Source of the DNA: Octopus vulgaris
Taxonomy: Eukaryota
NCBI GenBank assembly: GCA_951406725.2
Contig: OX597814.1
Span: forward strand, 172,050,001 to 172,114,000
Reading direction: 5' to 3'
DNA: 64,000 nt
Positions 1 through 12,052 of this stretch are shown piece by piece; positions within the stretch are counted from its first letter, which is position 1, and every line of letters starts with the position of its first letter. Under the pieces are notes generated by a model. That model did not search any database, was not told the origin of the DNA, and saw only the letters and a program-made list of their open reading frames with translations. The position numbers and the translations under genes are program-made.

Positions 1-559
1 TATTCCTTCTCTGAGGATATGGTGACAAAAAATAATGTAACTTATAACTTATCGTCAGAAAACATTTGACGAAAAATGAAATATTTCTTAAAATTTTTGT
101 GCGTAACATTTGCATTAATGGTTTTTCCCATATAAAACAAGTTAAAGTAGATAGTCCATTGTAAAAAAAAAAAAAAGCTATGTTAGGTATTTTGAGCAAG
201 GTAACTTGTTGGAAAATCTTATCTTGAGTCTGCGTCAGCTATACAAAGAAAGAAAGGGAAAAGAGAGCACAGATAACTACTGGCATTATGTAACCTAAAC
301 AGCACCAGAAATTAGCTGTTGGCTCTTTGCCCAGTAGACTAGACCATAGAAGTGTTTAATTGACTCAGTTACCATGAAAATTGAGCAATCGAAAGGAAAG
401 GAATGAAAATTACCTAAAATTAAAAATGAACTAGCAAAATAAAAAAAAAGAGGAAAAATAAGCAGCTGTATAGTGGTTGTCATATTTTTTATGATACTTA
501 AGCACACATCTATATCATCGCACAAATCAAAGGTATATAATTACAGGTACAATCCGTTC

Positions 560-1182
560 TGGGTCGGGAGATACTTCAATTAACATCGACCCTAACTTAT
601 TTCTTTTGTTGAAACTCGAAATGGTGAAAAGTTGAGTCGACCGCAGCAAAATTCGAACTCAAAACACGAAGACAGACGAAATTCCGCGATGTGGTTTGCC
701 CGGCGTACTAACGATTCTGCCAGCTCGCCACCTTCTCCGTCCCTAATATTCTTTTCTACTATAGGCACAAGCCCTGAAATTTTGGTGGGAAGAGGAAAGT
801 CAATTACACCAATGCTAGTGTCTTACTGGTCGTCGACCCAAAAAGGATAAAAGGCGAAGTCGACTTCGGCTGAATTTCAGAACGTAAAGACGGACGAAAT
901 GCCGCTAAGCATTTTGCCAGTGTGCTAACAGTTGTACCAGTTCGTTGCGTTCTCTGTCTGTAATATTAATTTTAAATTTTGGCACAAGGCCAGCAATTTC
1001 TGGGAAGCGGATAAGTAAGTTACATCGACCCGGGGACCCAGCTGGTACTTATTTTATCAACTCCCTAAAGGAAGAAGGGCAAAGTCAACCACGACTGTAT
1101 TTGAACTGAGAACGCGCAGACCGACGAAACACCACTAAGCACTTTACCCTGCATGCTAACGATTCTGCTAGTTTGCCGCCTT
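560..1182 (-). mobile_element. Three tandem, diverged copies of tRNA-derived SINE family A (Meta-domain-like core)
   Basis: Repeated reverse-complement matches to the family A consensus (ggcggcgagctggcagaa..gttcaaattccgccgaggtcgactttgcctttcatcctttcggggtcgataa..gtaccag), which occurs more than 25 times in the window. Boundaries approximate. Confidence 0.8.
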
Positions 1183-1598
1183 TCACCGCCCGTAATATTG
1201 AAAAGTTTGCAAGTACACATACGTATGTTCTTTTGTTCTTGTTTATCTCTTCTTAATTGAGTTAATTCTATTTAATCACGGATTTTTTTCTTAATAGAAA
1301 AGCAATAGTACTTTACCTCACACAGTCCTCTGAATATACACACAATATTAGAATTATATGCTTGAACACACAGTTCTCCTGGATTGCATTGCAAGTTTCA
1401 GGTGAATGCATCATGTTAAAAACAAGTTAAAAATTAGGGTTTAAAACAGCAGGCAAGTCAAAGTTCTTGCACGCAAGATGGAGTATTTCCGCCTCTGGAA
1501 TTCGTTCCACTCTAGGTACTTGTTAGTTAATTAGTAACTATTGTTGTTGCAGCTGTTGTTGTTATTTAGGATACAAGGCATCTAACCATGTCCATTCA

Positions 1599-1671
<73 letters not shown>

Positions 1672-1672
<1 letters not shown>

Positions 1673-1828
1673 CGTGGCTGTATGGTAAGAAGCTTGCTTC
1701 CCAACAAAATGGTTCTGGGTTCAATCCTTACTGCGTGGCACCTTGTGCAAGTGGGTTCTATTATAGCCTCGAGCCGACCAAAGCCTTGTAAGTGGATTTG
1801 GTTGGCGGAAACTGAAAGAAGCCCGTCG

Positions 1829-1830
<2 letters not shown>
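1672..1830 (+). mobile_element. 5' half of tRNA-derived SINE family B (CORE-like)
   Basis: gtggctgtatggtaagaagcttgc..ggttcaatcc..ggcaccttgtgcaagtg..ggaaactgaaagaagcccgtcgta matches the copies at 8125, 17605 and 27833. Flanked by (TA)n. Confidence 0.8.
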
Positions 1831-1902
<72 letters not shown>

Positions 1903-3522
1903 GTAAATATGCATGTATGAATGTGAATATTACACACACACACAAACACGCACACGAACACACACACACGCACGCACACACACACGCACACACACACACA
2001 TACACGCATGCGTTCGATTGCTAATGAATGCCTTCAGTTATCTGTGCATATGTTATTTTTGCTATTCTTATTAATCTTGTTTAGTGCTAGATCGACACTG
2101 ATTCACTAGATATTTGATCGATCGCATCCCACTCGTGATAATCCCATCGTATTTTTAGACAAGACATGCATCAAGATTATTATCCAAATTGAATATCATT
2201 CTTTTCTTTCTTTTTTTTTTTTTTTTAGACAATAGGGTTAATCTGCAGTGAGTTTTGGGTTCTGTTTCTAGGCCTCTTATAGAGGTTTTCCCTAGGTACT
2301 CGTCATGAATACGTGCTTACGAATATACGAAATATATGTTTCGTTGTTAGAGAACATTTACGTGAGCGTATGCTTACATCTGAATGTGTATGTGTGTGTG
2401 TGTGTGTGTAAAATTTGAGGGTATACGTATGTGTTTGTGTTCACGTGTGATGGTGTAACTAATGATTACACTCAGTTCTATATAAATCGCTATGCGTGGA
2501 TGCCTTTACTATTCTGTAACGATATTTGGGTATTCTTAGAGAGGTGTTCATCAGTATATATATATATGTGTGTATATGTGTGAGTGTGTGTGTATGTATA
2601 TACATACATGCATATATTTACACACACACACACACATATATATATATACATATATATGTACATACATATATATACATATATGTACATACATACATCATAC
2701 ATACCTATATATATATATTTATATACATATATATATATACATACATATATATATGCACACATATATATACACATACATATACATATATACATACATATAT
2801 TTATACATATATATACATACATATTATATACAAGCATATATAAACATACATATACACACACATATATATATACATTCATATATATTTGTATGTATGTATG
2901 TATAAATGTGTGTATACATACATATATATATATGTGTGTGTGTGTGTGTATGTGTGTGTGTGTGGGTATGCGTGTATGTATGGATGCTTGGATATATTTT
3001 TCATCCATGTGCGTGCGTGCGTACCTTTGCGCGCGGGTGCGTGTGTATGTCTGCATGACTAACTTGAAAACACTCCTCGGCGGAAAAGAGGCCTTGCTCG
3101 TTCGAGCGTACTCTTTTCCCCTTATTCTGTATTCGCAGTCTTCTGGCCGTTGTTCGTTATCTCGTCTATCAGGAAACCTAGCGCTGACACAGACATGATA
3201 ACAACAATTTTCGGTCATCGACACACGCACATAACCACTTCCAGGATTGCACACACGCATCTATATACAGTTATTCATTTATTTCATTACGCATTAGTAC
3301 TTGTTTACACATACGCACGCTTACGTATACATACTTGCGTACAATGACGTACACATTCGCACACATATAACACATGACACATACATATTTATCTATATGT
3401 GTATACACACATACATATGCATATACACAAACATATATACACGCACGCACATAGACACACAGACAGATACACACATATATACATACATATAATGAATGTG
3501 TGTGCGTTGACATCCAGTGAAG

Positions 3523-3643
<121 letters not shown>

Positions 3644-5216
3644 GTATACATGTGAGTGTATCGAGTATGTACATGTATATACATATACATACACACATAT
3701 ACAAATGTTCAATACATACATGCATACATACATACATACATACATACATACATACATACATACATACATACATACATACATACACTCACACAAGCATCCA
3801 TGTGTGCGGTTGTATGTTTGCGTAGAACCATATGTATTTACTCACACATACACACACGCAACCGGACGTATCCTCGAAGATATAATATTACATACACATC
3901 GGTTATATACTGCTAACACTTTACACCCAGAAACACTTCTGTAAGCAATAGGTGTCGCATTTAGCAAACACGTGACTTATAGCCTAGCGTTTATTGAAAA
4001 TTGTCAAGGTGCGTCCATTTCTGGTCACTGCGTGGACATCGAATCAAAATTTTCATATTAATAGTAAAAAGTGGGGGCGGTATAACGTCGATCCTAGTGT
4101 CGCCAGCGCTATTGCCTGTGTATCATTAAAACAAGCCAGGAATATTTTCCCTCTGGTTGTTGAGCCGAGCTCAATCGAGCAATGCAATCGTCGCTTTTGA
4201 AAATCTAACCATTTTGATACGGCGTAAAAGCTAACTAATCGTTGAATGGTGTCGGTGGCGGCGGTGATGGCAGCGGTGGTGGTACTGCTGGTGCTAGTGT
4301 TGGAGTGGTGTTGGGTAACAGTGGAATAAGTTATAAGTTGTTGTAGGTGGTGATGGTGGCGGTAGTTGCGGTGGCGGTGGTGGTGGTGGTGGTGGTGGTG
4401 ATGGTTTTGGTAGTTGTGGTGATAGTGGTGGTGATGATGTTGGCAGTGATGGTAGAGGTATAGTTATGGTGATGATGTTCGTGTTCGTATTGTTAGTAGT
4501 AGTAGTAGTAGTAGTAGTAGTAGAGGTAGTGGCGGTGGCGATCAAAATACGAGTAAAAAGAGAAAGAGATATAGGGAAATGGAGAAATAAAATGAAGATA
4601 GAATGCAAATAAATAGTAAGAGTTTCTTGGAGATTCTGTGAAGAATTAAAGCGAAGCAAAGCAGCGAGAAACACAGTGAAGGATGAGAAATGAAAGGAAG
4701 AGTGGAAGAGAAGGAACGATAGATAGACAGATAGATCGATAAAGAGAAAGAGAGGGGGGCGATTATGTAGACAAACCGTGTTTTCTCTTTATTCGATAAT
4801 CTTCGACACTGATTAATTGGTTGTTTATGGTGTCTTCTCATAAATGCCGGGTGTTTTATGGCTGTGCTGACTTTCGGAGAAATGAATTAGATGTTACTCT
4901 TCCAGTGTCATATTCATATCTTTCTGAAATAATTATCCTCATTGCGAAAGCGAGCGTTGATTTTTCTTTTATTTGTTCATCGACGCCATCTTTCTTGTTG
5001 ATGACCTCGCCGCGTCGTCGTGTCGCAGTGAAAGTAAACCGAAAGTTTTGATTACTTCCATAACTCATATAATTCGAACCAAGTTAAATATTTAAGGCGA
5101 ACAACAAAAAGAGATTATAACCCTCGAAAATTTTCAAGTAAAGAAGAAAATATTAAAAATAAGTGCTTTAATATAGATATGAACATTAAGGAACGATAAA
5201 AGCTGTGGAGAATGAA

Positions 5217-5251
<35 letters not shown>

Positions 5252-5412
5252 AGAAGAAGAAGAAGAAGAAGAAGAAGAAGAAGAAGAAGAAAAAGAATAA
5301 GAAGAAAAAGAAAAAAGAAGAAGAAGAAGAAGAAGAAGAAGAAGAAGAAGAAGAAGAAGAAGAAGAAGAAGAAGAAGAAGAAGAAGAAGAAGAAGATGAT
5401 GATGATAATGAT
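5217..5412. repeat. (GAA)n trinucleotide microsatellite grading into (GAT)n
   Basis: Directly visible; it accounts for the poly-K/poly-E ORF 5212..5475. Confidence 0.95.
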
Positions 5413-5796
5413 GATGATGAGGAGGAGGTGGAGAAGGAGGATGGTAGTGGTGGTGATAAGTTTATGTGTATTTAATGATTCAGGTAATATTTTTAGAGTA
5501 AGAGGTGAAGAAAAAGGTCGAGGGATATAGATAGAGAGGTGGGCTAAATGTTTTGAGAGTATTTAGTTTCTTCCCTTTAGGGTATGAGTTCAAATCCTGC
5601 TGAAATTGATTTTTTTAAAAACTTTCATCTTTACTGATATAGTGATTTCAGAATAATCTCATTTCAGCTTACCTCTTAGTAAGATTCTAACTGAATTAAA
5701 AGGAAAATGGAAAAAATATATATTGAAACATCGGTTTCAGATTACCCCTACGGTGGCTACTGGAAGCTGATTTCATATGCTCCCTAACTATATATA

Positions 5797-7054
5797 CAGA
5801 GATTGGACAAAATAATGGAAACACCTAGCATCATAGCATCATAATTTTGAAATATCTATAAAACTGTCAAAAGCTTGTTTATTTTTATGTTTTTTTTATT
5901 CATTATTAGTGTTGCTTAATGTGTTTTGTTAAAATTGCTGTTTCTTTTCAGATATCATCAGAAAAAGGTAATTAAAATTCATTAAAATGACAGATCTTTC
6001 GGATTGTTGGTGCTCGTATAGCAGGTGCTAGCGTAACGGAAACAGCCGAAGTGTTCGGTGTATCAGCAAGTACTGTCTCGAAAGTTATAACAGCCTTTGA
6101 GAAAGTGGGAAAAGCCTCCTCTTCGAAACAAATCTCCGGAAGAAAACCAAAACTTTCAGATAGGGACCGTCGGACTCTTACGCGAATTGTTAGAAAAGAT
6201 CACAAAAGTACAGCTCCCAAAATTACTGCAGAACTTAATGTCCACCTCGAGAACCCAGTTTCCACAAAAACTGTTCGCCGGGAGCTGCACAAAGCCAGAT
6301 TTCATGGGAGGGCTGCAATATGAAAACTACTATTTTCAAAACAAACGTTGCAAGCGTTTAGAGTGGAGTAAAAACCTACAGATTTGGTTCCTAGAGCAGT
6401 GGAAGAATATAATTTTCTCGGGCGAGTCATACTTTACTTTATTTCCGACCACCGGCCGAGTAGACGTGTGAAGACAGCCAAAAGAAGCATTTGACCCAGA
6501 CTGCCTACTTCCAACTCTTAAACACAGAGGCGGATCTGTAATGATCGGGGGCGGGGCTATATCTTGGAAATTCGCTGACCAATGGTTTCCCTTCTTGACA
6601 GAATTAATAACCAAGGCTATCTAAGCATTTTATCTGATCAAATTCATCATGTGGTTGCGGAACTGCTTCTGGGGAGAAACGCAATCTTTCAGGATGATAA
6701 CGTACCAATTCACACAGCTAAAGTTGTTACTAAATGGCACGAGGAACATTCTAGTGAAGTTGAACATCTTATCTGGCCACCACAGTCTCCAGATTTCAAT
6801 ATTATTGAACGTTTATGGTGCATTTTAGAAAAAAACAAGTAAGGAGTCGGTATCCTCCATCATCATCACCACAAGAACTGGAAACTGTTTTAGCTGAAGA
6901 ATGGACAAAAATTCTTTTGGAAACAATTCAAACTTTGTATGAGTTCATACCTCGTAGAATTCAAGCTGTAATTACTGCCAAAGGCCGTCCTACTCCATAT
7001 TAAAATTAATTTGTTTGAAATTTTAAGGTTTTTCCATTACTTTGCCCAATCTTG
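5797..7054 (+). mobile_element. Full-length decayed Tc1-family DNA transposon
   Basis: TA target duplication at 5795-5796 and 7055-7056. About 30-bp TIRs: cagagattggacaaaataatggaaacacct / aggtttttccattactttgcccaatcttg. Internal transposase fragments. Confidence 0.93.
5987..7003 (+). pseudogene. Tc1 DD34E transposase pseudogene
   Basis: HTH region with GRKPKLSDRDRR, then IIFSGES (first catalytic D mutated to G), FQDDNVPIH, WPPQSPDFNIIERLW and C-terminal KGRPTPY*. Split over four ORFs by frameshifts and stops. Confidence 0.92.
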
Positions 7055-7484
7055 TATATTGGCTTCTAAAGGTTGGGAATGAAGACTAGTCTATTTATTT
7101 TTCTTTAGTACTTAATTCATCGACCCCTAATGATGAAAATGGTTTATTCTATTAATGACCTGTGTTTGTATTTGGCATTCTTTTGTGGGGTGGGGGTTGT
7201 TTCCCATATTCATATAAGCATCAATCTGAGTGACCTGATCTTTGTAATTTTGTTAATTAGATTTTACTAAAGTTCTGTATGGAGAGGTTAATGTCGCTTT
7301 ATATTTCACGTCTCTCCTCAATTTAATTAACTTTACTAATAATTGTTTCTAATTTAATGTATGGCCAGATATTTTATGAGAGGAGTTAGTCGATTACATC
7401 AACTTGTGTACTTGACTAGTACTTTACTTTATTATGACTACCGACGTCGCTTCTGTTAAAATCCACCTCGTTATGATCTTACTA

Positions 7485-9050
7485 AAGATGTATGCCCCGA
7501 TCGCCTTCCTTGCGTGGGAAATCTAATTTGTCTATATTTTCAATGACATTGACAATTGCAGTAACAACACAAAGTAGTTTCAGAGTTCTTACATCCATCT
7601 TATTTCCAATTGAGACGGTCAAATTCGGCAACCATGTTAGACATCACAAACGTACGAGCGATATGCTTGTAGTCTGAGAACTGTGATGATCTTATTTTGT
7701 ATACTTCTTTTGAGATATTCATTTATTATTTCTCACTCCTTCCCTGTTAATACCACCATCATAGCCTGACATTCTCATCTTTTCCATGATACTTGCATTT
7801 CTAGACTTTCTACAATGTTTTAATTTTTAAATATAAAAGTAACTGGAGATTAAGTCACAAACGCATTGTACGTATTCAAAAGTATTTCACCCTCAGTAGT
7901 ACCACCATATATACACATTGGGATTCAATACATTTCATTTCAGTGTCTGTATAATACTGAGCCTTTCAGTCATATTAAAAGGTTATTAGATAATAATAAC
8001 CTTTTAATATGACTAGTTCTCAGTTCATACAGCAATAGGTTATCCACAAAAATAAGATAAGAGACATTTTTGCATTAACGGTATCCATTTCTATAATGAT
8101 AATGTTTTGTGAGTACATTTTGTGAAGCGCAGGAGTGGCTGTGTGGTAAGTAGCTTGTTTACCAACCACATGGTTCCGGGTTCAGTCCCACTGCGTGGCA
8201 CCTTGGGCAAGTGTCTTCTACTATAGCCTCGGGCCGACCAAAGCGAAAACTGAAAGAAGCCCGTCGTATATATGTGTATATATGTATGTGCGTATATGTT
8301 TGTGTGTCGGTGTTTGTCCCCCTAGCATTGCTTGACAACCGATGCTGGTGTGTTTATGTCCCCGTCACTTAGCGGTTCGGCAGAAAGGACCGATTGAATA
8401 AGTACTAGGCTTACAAAGAATAAGTCCCGGGGTCGAGTTGCTCGATTAAAGGCGTGCTCCAGCATGGCCGCAGTCAAAAATGACTGAAACATTTGATAAT
8501 GGAATTCACGAGAGAAGAAAGACTAACACTGACCAGCTATCACCCTCCTGGTTGCATTTTTGGTAATGTAATATATGGAATTTGATAAATGTATTCGTGT
8601 GTCTCGAAAAAGACCTATTGGTTAGTAGACGCTAAAGAACAGTTGCTAGTTGTACAAGCATTTGGATAATTGTAAAACTGATAATTCACCCGTGCGGCGT
8701 ACTATCGAATGCTTCTTGAGAGTAAAGCTCTGCTAGATTCACGTTCTTCTGGTGCTTTGTTGAGTCTTCTTGGATAATTTTATTAATACATCGCAGTTCC
8801 ACACGATACTGCACTTCTTTATTCTTCCTACTTGCTCGAGGGTTATGTTATTCTTTGTAGTCTAGGGCAATGATCTCGTGAGAGATTTACGTTCCTGAAG
8901 GATATTCTATGGATAATATTCCGGGTGTCAATCAGTCGATAAATTTTAGGTTCATTGGACTTATTATTTAGTGAAATAGAAAGAGTAATAGGTAACAGCC
9001 TTATGGGCAGATGTGATGTACCATCCATGTTATTTCTGTTACTGAGTAAT
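7485..9050 (-). pseudogene. Heavily decayed reverse transcriptase of an R4/Dong-like RLE non-LTR retrotransposon, interrupted by a SINE
   Basis: Manual minus-strand translation gives motifs in the expected order: NEPKIYRLI (cf. PKNYRPI), INKIIQED..QEAFDSTPHG*II (cf. INKMILE..KKAFDSVPHSWI), QEGDSWSVLVF (cf. QGDSLS), VSYLIFVDNLLLY (cf. ISHLLFVDDLKLY), MDVRTLKLL..IDKLDFPRKEGDRGI (cf. DRLYIPRKEGGRGL). Confidence 0.75.
8125..8491 (+). mobile_element. SINE family B, near full length
   Basis: tRNA-like head with A/B boxes (tggctgtgtgg..gggttcagtccc), CORE-like ggcaccttgggcaagtg, internal (TA/TG) tract, 3' end cagcatggccgcagtcaaaaatgactgaaac. Confidence 0.9.
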
Positions 9051-9105
9051 CAAATATCGGTGGTAAAAGGCGACATTTTTGGTAGCAATATTATCACGTT
9101 CTAAA

Positions 9106-9556
9106 GGCGGCGAGCTAGTAGAATCGTTACCGTGCCGGGGAAATGCTTAGGAATATTTCTTCCGTTCTGAGTTCAAACGCCGCCGAGGTCGACTTTGCTA
9201 TTCATCCTTTCAGGGTCGATTAAATAAGTACCAAATACGCACTGGGGTCGATGTAATCGACTTAATCCCTTTGTCTGTCCTTGTTTGCTCCCTCTATGTT
9301 TAGTCCCATGTGAGCAATATATAAATAAATATTAGCACGTCCTAAAGGCTGCGAGCTGGCAGAATCGTTACTGCGCCGGGAAAAATGCTTAACAGTATTT
9401 CTTCCGTTGTGAGTTCAAACGCCGCCGAGGTCGACTTTGCCTTTTATACTTTCGGGGTCGATGGTATAAGTACCAGCTGAAAAGTGGTGACGATATAATC
9501 AATTTATCCTCTCTCCGAACTTTTTGGCCTTGTGCCAAAATTTGAAATCAATATTA
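9106..9556 (+). mobile_element. Two adjacent family A SINEs with different 3' tails
   Basis: The first (to about 9327) ends tttgtctgtccttgtttgc..aaata. The second (from about 9347) ends ggccttgtgccaaaatttgaaatcaatatt. The duplicated flank aatatta(t/g)cacgt(t/c)ctaaa brackets the first copy. Confidence 0.85.
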
Positions 9557-10089
9557 TTACGTTATAAGTGCTAGATATGAGAGTTTCCATTTTAACACTT
9601 TGTTTCAATATTTTCTCAGTACTATGTTATTTGTTTTATACAAGAGCACAACTCTAGTTTATTCATCTATTCAACTTGCTTGCTAAATTTATATCTTCCC
9701 TATTTAGACTTCCAGTACCTTTCAGCCATATAAATGAATGTCTATTTTAGAAGTTATGCTCCATATCGAAGATGCGACAGACTCATACAGAATTTTCTGT
9801 TTATAATAAACGTGTTGAAGCAAAACGTGGTGCCATATCCGAAAGATATAGCTGCACATTTTGTCTCAGCTCTTGGGGTTTATAATTCAATGTTTCCTTT
9901 TTGTTTCATCAAGCTATTTTTTTGTAAATTTTGTTTTCTTTTTTTTCGCAAGTTTTGCATCAGCGATAGTATATCTAAAGTATCTTGGTAAAAATGAAAT
10001 ATATTTATAATTAAGAGCTCCCCTCCGTCTCAAGATTTCTATTGCAGAAATCCAAAAATGAAATCCATTGTAATATGTATACTTTCTAA

Positions 10090-10850
10090 GACGGTGAGCT
10101 AGCAGAACTGTTAGCATCCCGGGCAAAATGCTAAGTGGCATTTCGTCCGTCTTTACGTTCTAGGATCAAACTCCACCGAGATCGATTTCTCCTTCTATCT
10201 TTTCGGGGTACCAGCTGAATATCTCCCCCGAAATTTCAGGACGTAACAGAATCTGAAACTAATATATATGTATATACATCGTGACTGGGTGACTGTGGTA
10301 TTTTCCTGCTATTTCATTGTCTGCATGCAGTTCTAGCTGCAAAAAGAATTTTCGTATTACTCAACCTGCTTTTTGGTTATTATTTTGTTCAAATCAAATT
10401 AGGAACGACTTTGTCTTTCCACCTTAACAGCTCGGTGAAATAATATACCAGTCAAATCATGGGTCTGATGATAATCAATTATGATTTTTATCACAAATTC
10501 ATCGCCTTTTACTTGTGTTGTATTTGTGTCAAAATATCGCAGACCGCTACTCAGAGGTTTATATTTCCAACTACCTGTTCGGTCAGACTTGTTTCATTTT
10601 TTTGCTTAAAACCGTAAATCATATATCATTTCATTACGTTGGCAGCTTTGAAGATGGCGAGCAGGTAGAATCGTTATCACGTAGGAGAAAAAATTTTAGC
10701 GACATTTCGTCCATCTTTACGTTGAGTTCAGATTCTGCCGAGACTGACTTTGCATTTCATCCTTTTCGGATCGATAAAAAAAACCAGTTGAACTGTGAGG
10801 TCGATATAATCGGTTGGCCCCCTCCTCCAAAATTTCAGGCATTGTGCACA
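10090..10850 (+). mobile_element. Two diverged family A SINEs (about 10090-10260 and 10655-10850)
   Basis: Similarity to the family A consensus. Confidence 0.75.
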
Positions 10851-10947
10851 CGGGCATGTATGTATGTGTGTGTGCGTGCGTGTGCATGTGTGTGAGTGTG
10901 CGTGTGTTCCCTTCTAGTACCAAAAAATACTTTCGCCAGATCAGGAT

Positions 10948-11061
10948 CAATGTCCAGTCAGCCGTGCCAAATCGCCAATGTCCAATCAGCCGTGCCAAAT
11001 CGCCAATGTCCAGTCAGCCGTGCCAAATCGCCAATGTCCAAATAGCCAGGCCCAATCGGCG
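10948..11061. repeat. 28-bp minisatellite, about 4 copies (caatgtccagtcagccgtgccaaatcgc)
   Basis: Direct head-to-tail repetition without spacers. Confidence 0.9.
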
Positions 11062-11159
11062 ATTAGAATGATTATAATGTATACTTTACTTTCTTCTGAG
11101 TTTATAGCCACGATGGGGACAGATGCTTATATATTTAGCCATTGATATTTTGTCAACTT

Positions 11160-11470
11160 ACTTTTTAATAATAATCCAACATAGAAAAGACGTGTTCGCA
11201 TTTGAGTCTGCCGGAATGTGTACATTCCTCTTTAATAACAATTTAATTTCAAACAGACGATGATATAGCTTCAAGGTTTCAGGTCGTGATTAAATAATTT
11301 ACTTTTTAATTAATAACAATCCAACAGCGAAAAGTCATGTCCACATTCAAGTCTGCCGAAACATGCTAAGAGTGGACACACACATCGCTCTTTAATAATA
11401 GTTTAATTTCGAATAGATGATGATATGGCTTCAAGGTTTCGGGATAAATTTGTCGTGGTTAAATATAACG
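11160..11470. repeat. Diverged tandem duplication, unit about 140-160 bp
   Basis: aatccaaca..gtctgccg..ctctttaataa..tttaatttc..gatgatat(a/g)gcttcaaggtttc occurs twice. Confidence 0.75.
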
Positions 11471-11648
11471 TTATTTATAGTTTCAGATTACTTTTCTTTA
11501 AAACAATAGTTATTTCTAAATTTATATCTGAACATACATAATTTGTTAACATACAATATCCGCGAAAATTTCACCAGTGTTGTCTGCCAAATTTCTATAT
11601 GTATATATGCTGGAGAATACATATATGTACGTATATATATATATGTAT

Positions 11649-11710
<62 letters not shown>

Positions 11711-11719
11711 GTGTATATA

Positions 11720-11870
11720 CAGGGTGGCCCAAAAGTAGGTTTACATTTATCACGTAGGCACTTTAAATTTCTTTTAAAACAATTTATTACATTTAAATTT
11801 CTATCTTACAATTAACTAAATTAGCATAGAATAATAGTTTCATATCTTTTTATAATTAAGATCCAAACTG
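11720..11870 (+). mobile_element. Probable solo left end of a Tc1/mariner-type element
   Basis: TA followed by CAGGGTGGCCCAAAAGTAGGT, a typical Tc1/mariner TIR start. No matching right TIR seen. Confidence 0.45.
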
Positions 11871-11905
11871 TTAATACACACACACACACACACATACATA
11901 CATAC

Positions 11906-12013
<108 letters not shown>

Positions 12014-12052
12014 GGATGGATGGATCGATGGATCGATCGATCGATAGATAGA

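Noticed and set aside
5212-5475. Poly-Lys/poly-Glu ORF
   Set aside because: It is a (GAA)n microsatellite read across a frame slip.
10948-11061. 28-bp repeats resembling a CRISPR array
   Set aside because: There are no unique spacers and no cas genes, and the context is eukaryotic. It is a minisatellite.
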